Below are positions 61,201 to 64,000 of a stretch of DNA of 64,000 nucleotides, piece by piece. Source of the stretch: Fimbriosthenelais zetlandica (taxonomy: Eukaryota); assembly GCA_977030845.1 (NCBI GenBank), contig OZ365115.1:31000001-31064000 (forward strand), given 5' to 3'. The notes beneath the pieces are model-generated. The model saw nothing but the letters and a program-made list of their open reading frames with translations. It was not told where the DNA came from and did no database searches. How positions within the stretch are numbered: the stretch's first letter is position 1; each line of letters opens with the position of its first letter. Both the position numbers and the translations under genes were made by a program.

Positions 61201-63408
61201 CCATGTGTGTACAAGGTGCTGATTTCTACATCCTTTGGCAGAATGATCCCTCTTTATTCCAATAGAAAGAGTATCAGACGTTCTCTATCTCTGTGAATAA
61301 TATTTCATTTCAAAGACTGCTATAATAGAATTATATCTATGTCATTGACAGTTTACACTCAAATGACAATGGGTCTTTCGTTTGTAAACACGGAGATATG
61401 CGATATGACACTAAATCAAACTTTCACAGAAGCAAGTTGGCGAATATGTGAAAACAAGCAATACTAAAATATTACTCAACTCTAATGGGAAAGGGATTAT
61501 TTTCATTACCCTCCCCATTTCAAACCAGCTGCAGGTAAGAAAGTACTTGTCTACAAGGCTGACCACAGGTCACCAGACTACTGTACTAAGCCTCACCTTG
61601 AAGGTAAGAGATTATTTTAGCCTAAGGTTAACAAGAGAGGCATTATAGGGTTTTAAAGTGTGGGTTCCGAGAAAAGGTACCATTGGAACTGTAGGAAAAA
61701 ATATTGAATGATTGTAAGCCTTCATGTTATATTTGAAATCCAAGAGTAATGTGGATAACTCCACATAAAATTCCGATTTTTCAGGTCAAACACGTGCACG
61801 TGAATAAACAAAATACCTGATGCTTTTAACTGGCATATAAACTTCCTGCAAGCTGTTGATTGCTTATAAACTTCTTGTTCAAGGTTTAATTCTGTAAGTT
61901 ATACTGTCATCATTCTAACTGAAACCATATTGTTAAGATTGCTTCAACGGGGAACGGTACAGTTAAGGACAATGATTACAGGGATCGGGATGAACAATGA
62001 AGGGATGAGAGGATGTCATAATTACACAGGGAGTATCAAAGTTGGTGCGCTGCTGATACAAGATTTTCAGCCGAAATTCTGTCAGAGGCCACTGCAGCAA
62101 CAGAGGTGGACAACCTAGTGGACATCAGGTGGGAGGGGCCAACAGATATAAGGCATTATCCACAAGAGATTGTTAGAAACATAATGTATTTCAAAACTAA
62201 TGAAGTTAATGTTAGTAAATAATAAATCAGTTTTTACTTACAGGACGGAGACTTGGTTTTGCATAATGCTTGCCTTGGGACCAAACTTGCAGCTCGGACT
62301 GGCGCCATAGAGGGACCGAGTTCTTCTGAAAATACAAATTAGCCAATTTAATGCAACAATGAACTTAAAGATCCCTCGGCTGATCCCTAGAAATAATTCA
62401 CAATTCAGAAAGCACATTGAACCAAAGCCCAACACCTGTGTACAAGAGAGAAACGAAATGTGATGTCTAGCAACAAGGACACTCAATGAGTCAAAGACCG
62501 AAGGTACTCGGCAGCAAGGACATCTTGTACAAAAATGAAATGACAAATTAATGGAAAATAATTTCATAATTAAATAAATTCACAAACAGCGAGTGAATGA
62601 TGAAAATCATATAATTCAACATGCGATTTACCGGTAACAGAATATTATCTATAATAAGTAAGATTTATTTTGTTAAAAAATAGTTAGTGCAATAAATTAT
62701 ACCCCAAACCCACTATGTCAACTGGCCTAAATTTGCAAAATTACAAACATATGATGCATTTTGTCTGGAAAATAGCCTGAAAGAATTCTTTTACAGTGAA
62801 GAATGCGACTATTTACAAAAGCCTTTCTGAAAAGTTTTAATTAGCTGGAAAACTAGACTGAAATCGACACTTAGAGAAAAAAGTCCAAGACAAAACATAT
62901 CTGTATACAATTTCATTTTCAGATTCTGCTCTACACATGCAAAGTACTCTAATATTATACACAATAACAAGGACTCAGTCTGGTACGCATTTGCCTAACA
63001 AAAATTTGTATTGAAATGAAATATTTAAATCAAGAAAACTAATCATGCAAGAATGACTGATTCCTTCAGGTTTACTGGCTTGAATACAGGCCTATATACA
63101 GTATTGCCACAGAAACCAACGTTTATAAAATGTTTGGCTCTTCAGACCCTGTACATACAATCAATCAATGTAAATTTTTCACATTTTTCGAAGCAAAAAT
63201 CATTAGAATATTTTACTCTGGGACCCTGTACTTATTATAAGGAAGGCAATGGATTTCAAGGCAGCTCTTGAATTATACGCTTGAAAAAAATCTGTACAAG
63301 TTACAAGCATAAGCACAAGTAACTAGAACTAATATTTTCCCTGCACCACATGCGACTCACAGCAACTGGGGTCTTGGAGGAACAGGTTTTTCCTGGGCCA
63401 AGTCTTCC
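55212..63408 (-). CDS. NADK: Cytosolic NAD kinase; the 5'-most coding exon was not located
   Basis: Exons 63408-63361 (probable), 62325-62242 (RTRSLYG..FGPKA), 57868-57739 ([11 protein letters not shown]), 57529-57424, 57296-57211 (GGDGT), 57082-56980 (FHLGSLGFL), 56707-56574, 56423-56324 (LNEVVVDRG), 56075-55918 ([18 protein letters not shown]), 55711-55629 (SFDGR), 55404-55212. Confidence 0.95.
58433..58567 (-). CDS. NADK: Candidate alternative (cassette or alternative N-terminal) exon of NADK
   Basis: cttcag|C ATG GAG ... ATA AAA AG|gtaagc: 135 nt, stop-free, phase 2 at both ends, matching the flanking NADK exons. Encodes [44 protein letters not shown]. Confidence 0.6.
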
Positions 63409-64000
63409 CTGAAAGTCAAAGAGGCAGCGAATAAAGATAGAAGATGCAGGTAGCCAGGAAAGATGCATCACAAGCATGGGAGAAGTGCCACACGATTGGA
63501 AAATACATCACATGCATGGAAATACAAGACCTAAGGCATGCAGTATAGGGATAGTCAGCAAGAACCAAGTGTTGGCAGAATAGGCCGCTGCACATTATGG
63601 CAAATTTTCCATGAATCCCAAGGCAACTCATATCAAAATGTTTATCCAGATCTGTTTATCCTTCGATTACTTTCTGTACCTAATATAAACAAGTCAGCTG
63701 TAAGATTAAATCCATTAACTGTGTTAGTCATCCAAAACTAAACCCATGAGAAAATGGCCGCAATGAAAAACAAAATATGAACCTGTACAAGCAAGCCATA
63801 GGCGGACCTCCAAAGATAATGAACATGAGCAAATTTTTTATGGAAATCATGGTTCTAACACAGCCGACTCTCACTATTCTGGTCACCCAGCTTTCTGAGC
63901 AAAACCGACCATTGTTCAGACCACTGTAGGGACAGTAGGTAAATACCTATAGGACACACCACCGAAACTTACCATAATTATGATCAGACAAGGGACTAAG

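Noticed and set aside
63961-64000. Minus-strand donor (ATG|gtaagt) at 63973 as the NADK start exon
   Set aside because: Phase does not match exon 63408-63361, and the window ends before it can be resolved.

Overview
AT-rich eukaryotic genomic DNA with short GT-AG introns, probably from a marine invertebrate bilaterian; the taxon cannot be fixed from the window. Left to right: (1) a head-to-head pair of two-exon class C (mGluR-like) GPCR genes, each 870 aa once spliced; (2) an intronless TTLL15-like ATP-grasp gene with apparently degenerate catalytic motifs; (3) a possible orphan first exon head-to-head with gamma-secretase subunit aph-1 (6 coding exons); (4) an orphan type I membrane protein built from about 12 exons (Arg/Thr/Ser-rich mucin-like ectodomain, TM, Cys cluster, Pro/Val/Glu/Tyr-repeat tail); (5) an 8-exon pancreatic-lipase-family gene with a GPI-like tail; (6) a tandem array of five intact MFSD4/NaGLT1-like MFS transporter genes; (7) a TAA-flanked MITE; (8) NAD kinase on the minus strand with candidate alternative N-terminal exons. 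I found no rRNA, tRNA or CRISPR. The strongest hunt signals are: the palindrome TAGGCCTA, strongly over-represented, with paralogue comparisons showing TA changing to TA-GGCC-TA (once in frame inside a coding exon), which resembles DNA-transposon excision footprints; a stray NADK exon copy inside the MFS array; a frameshift-created dileucine motif in two MFS paralogues; and loss of the glutamate distal-carboxylate residues in both GPCRs. All alignments, counts and splice models were made by eye.
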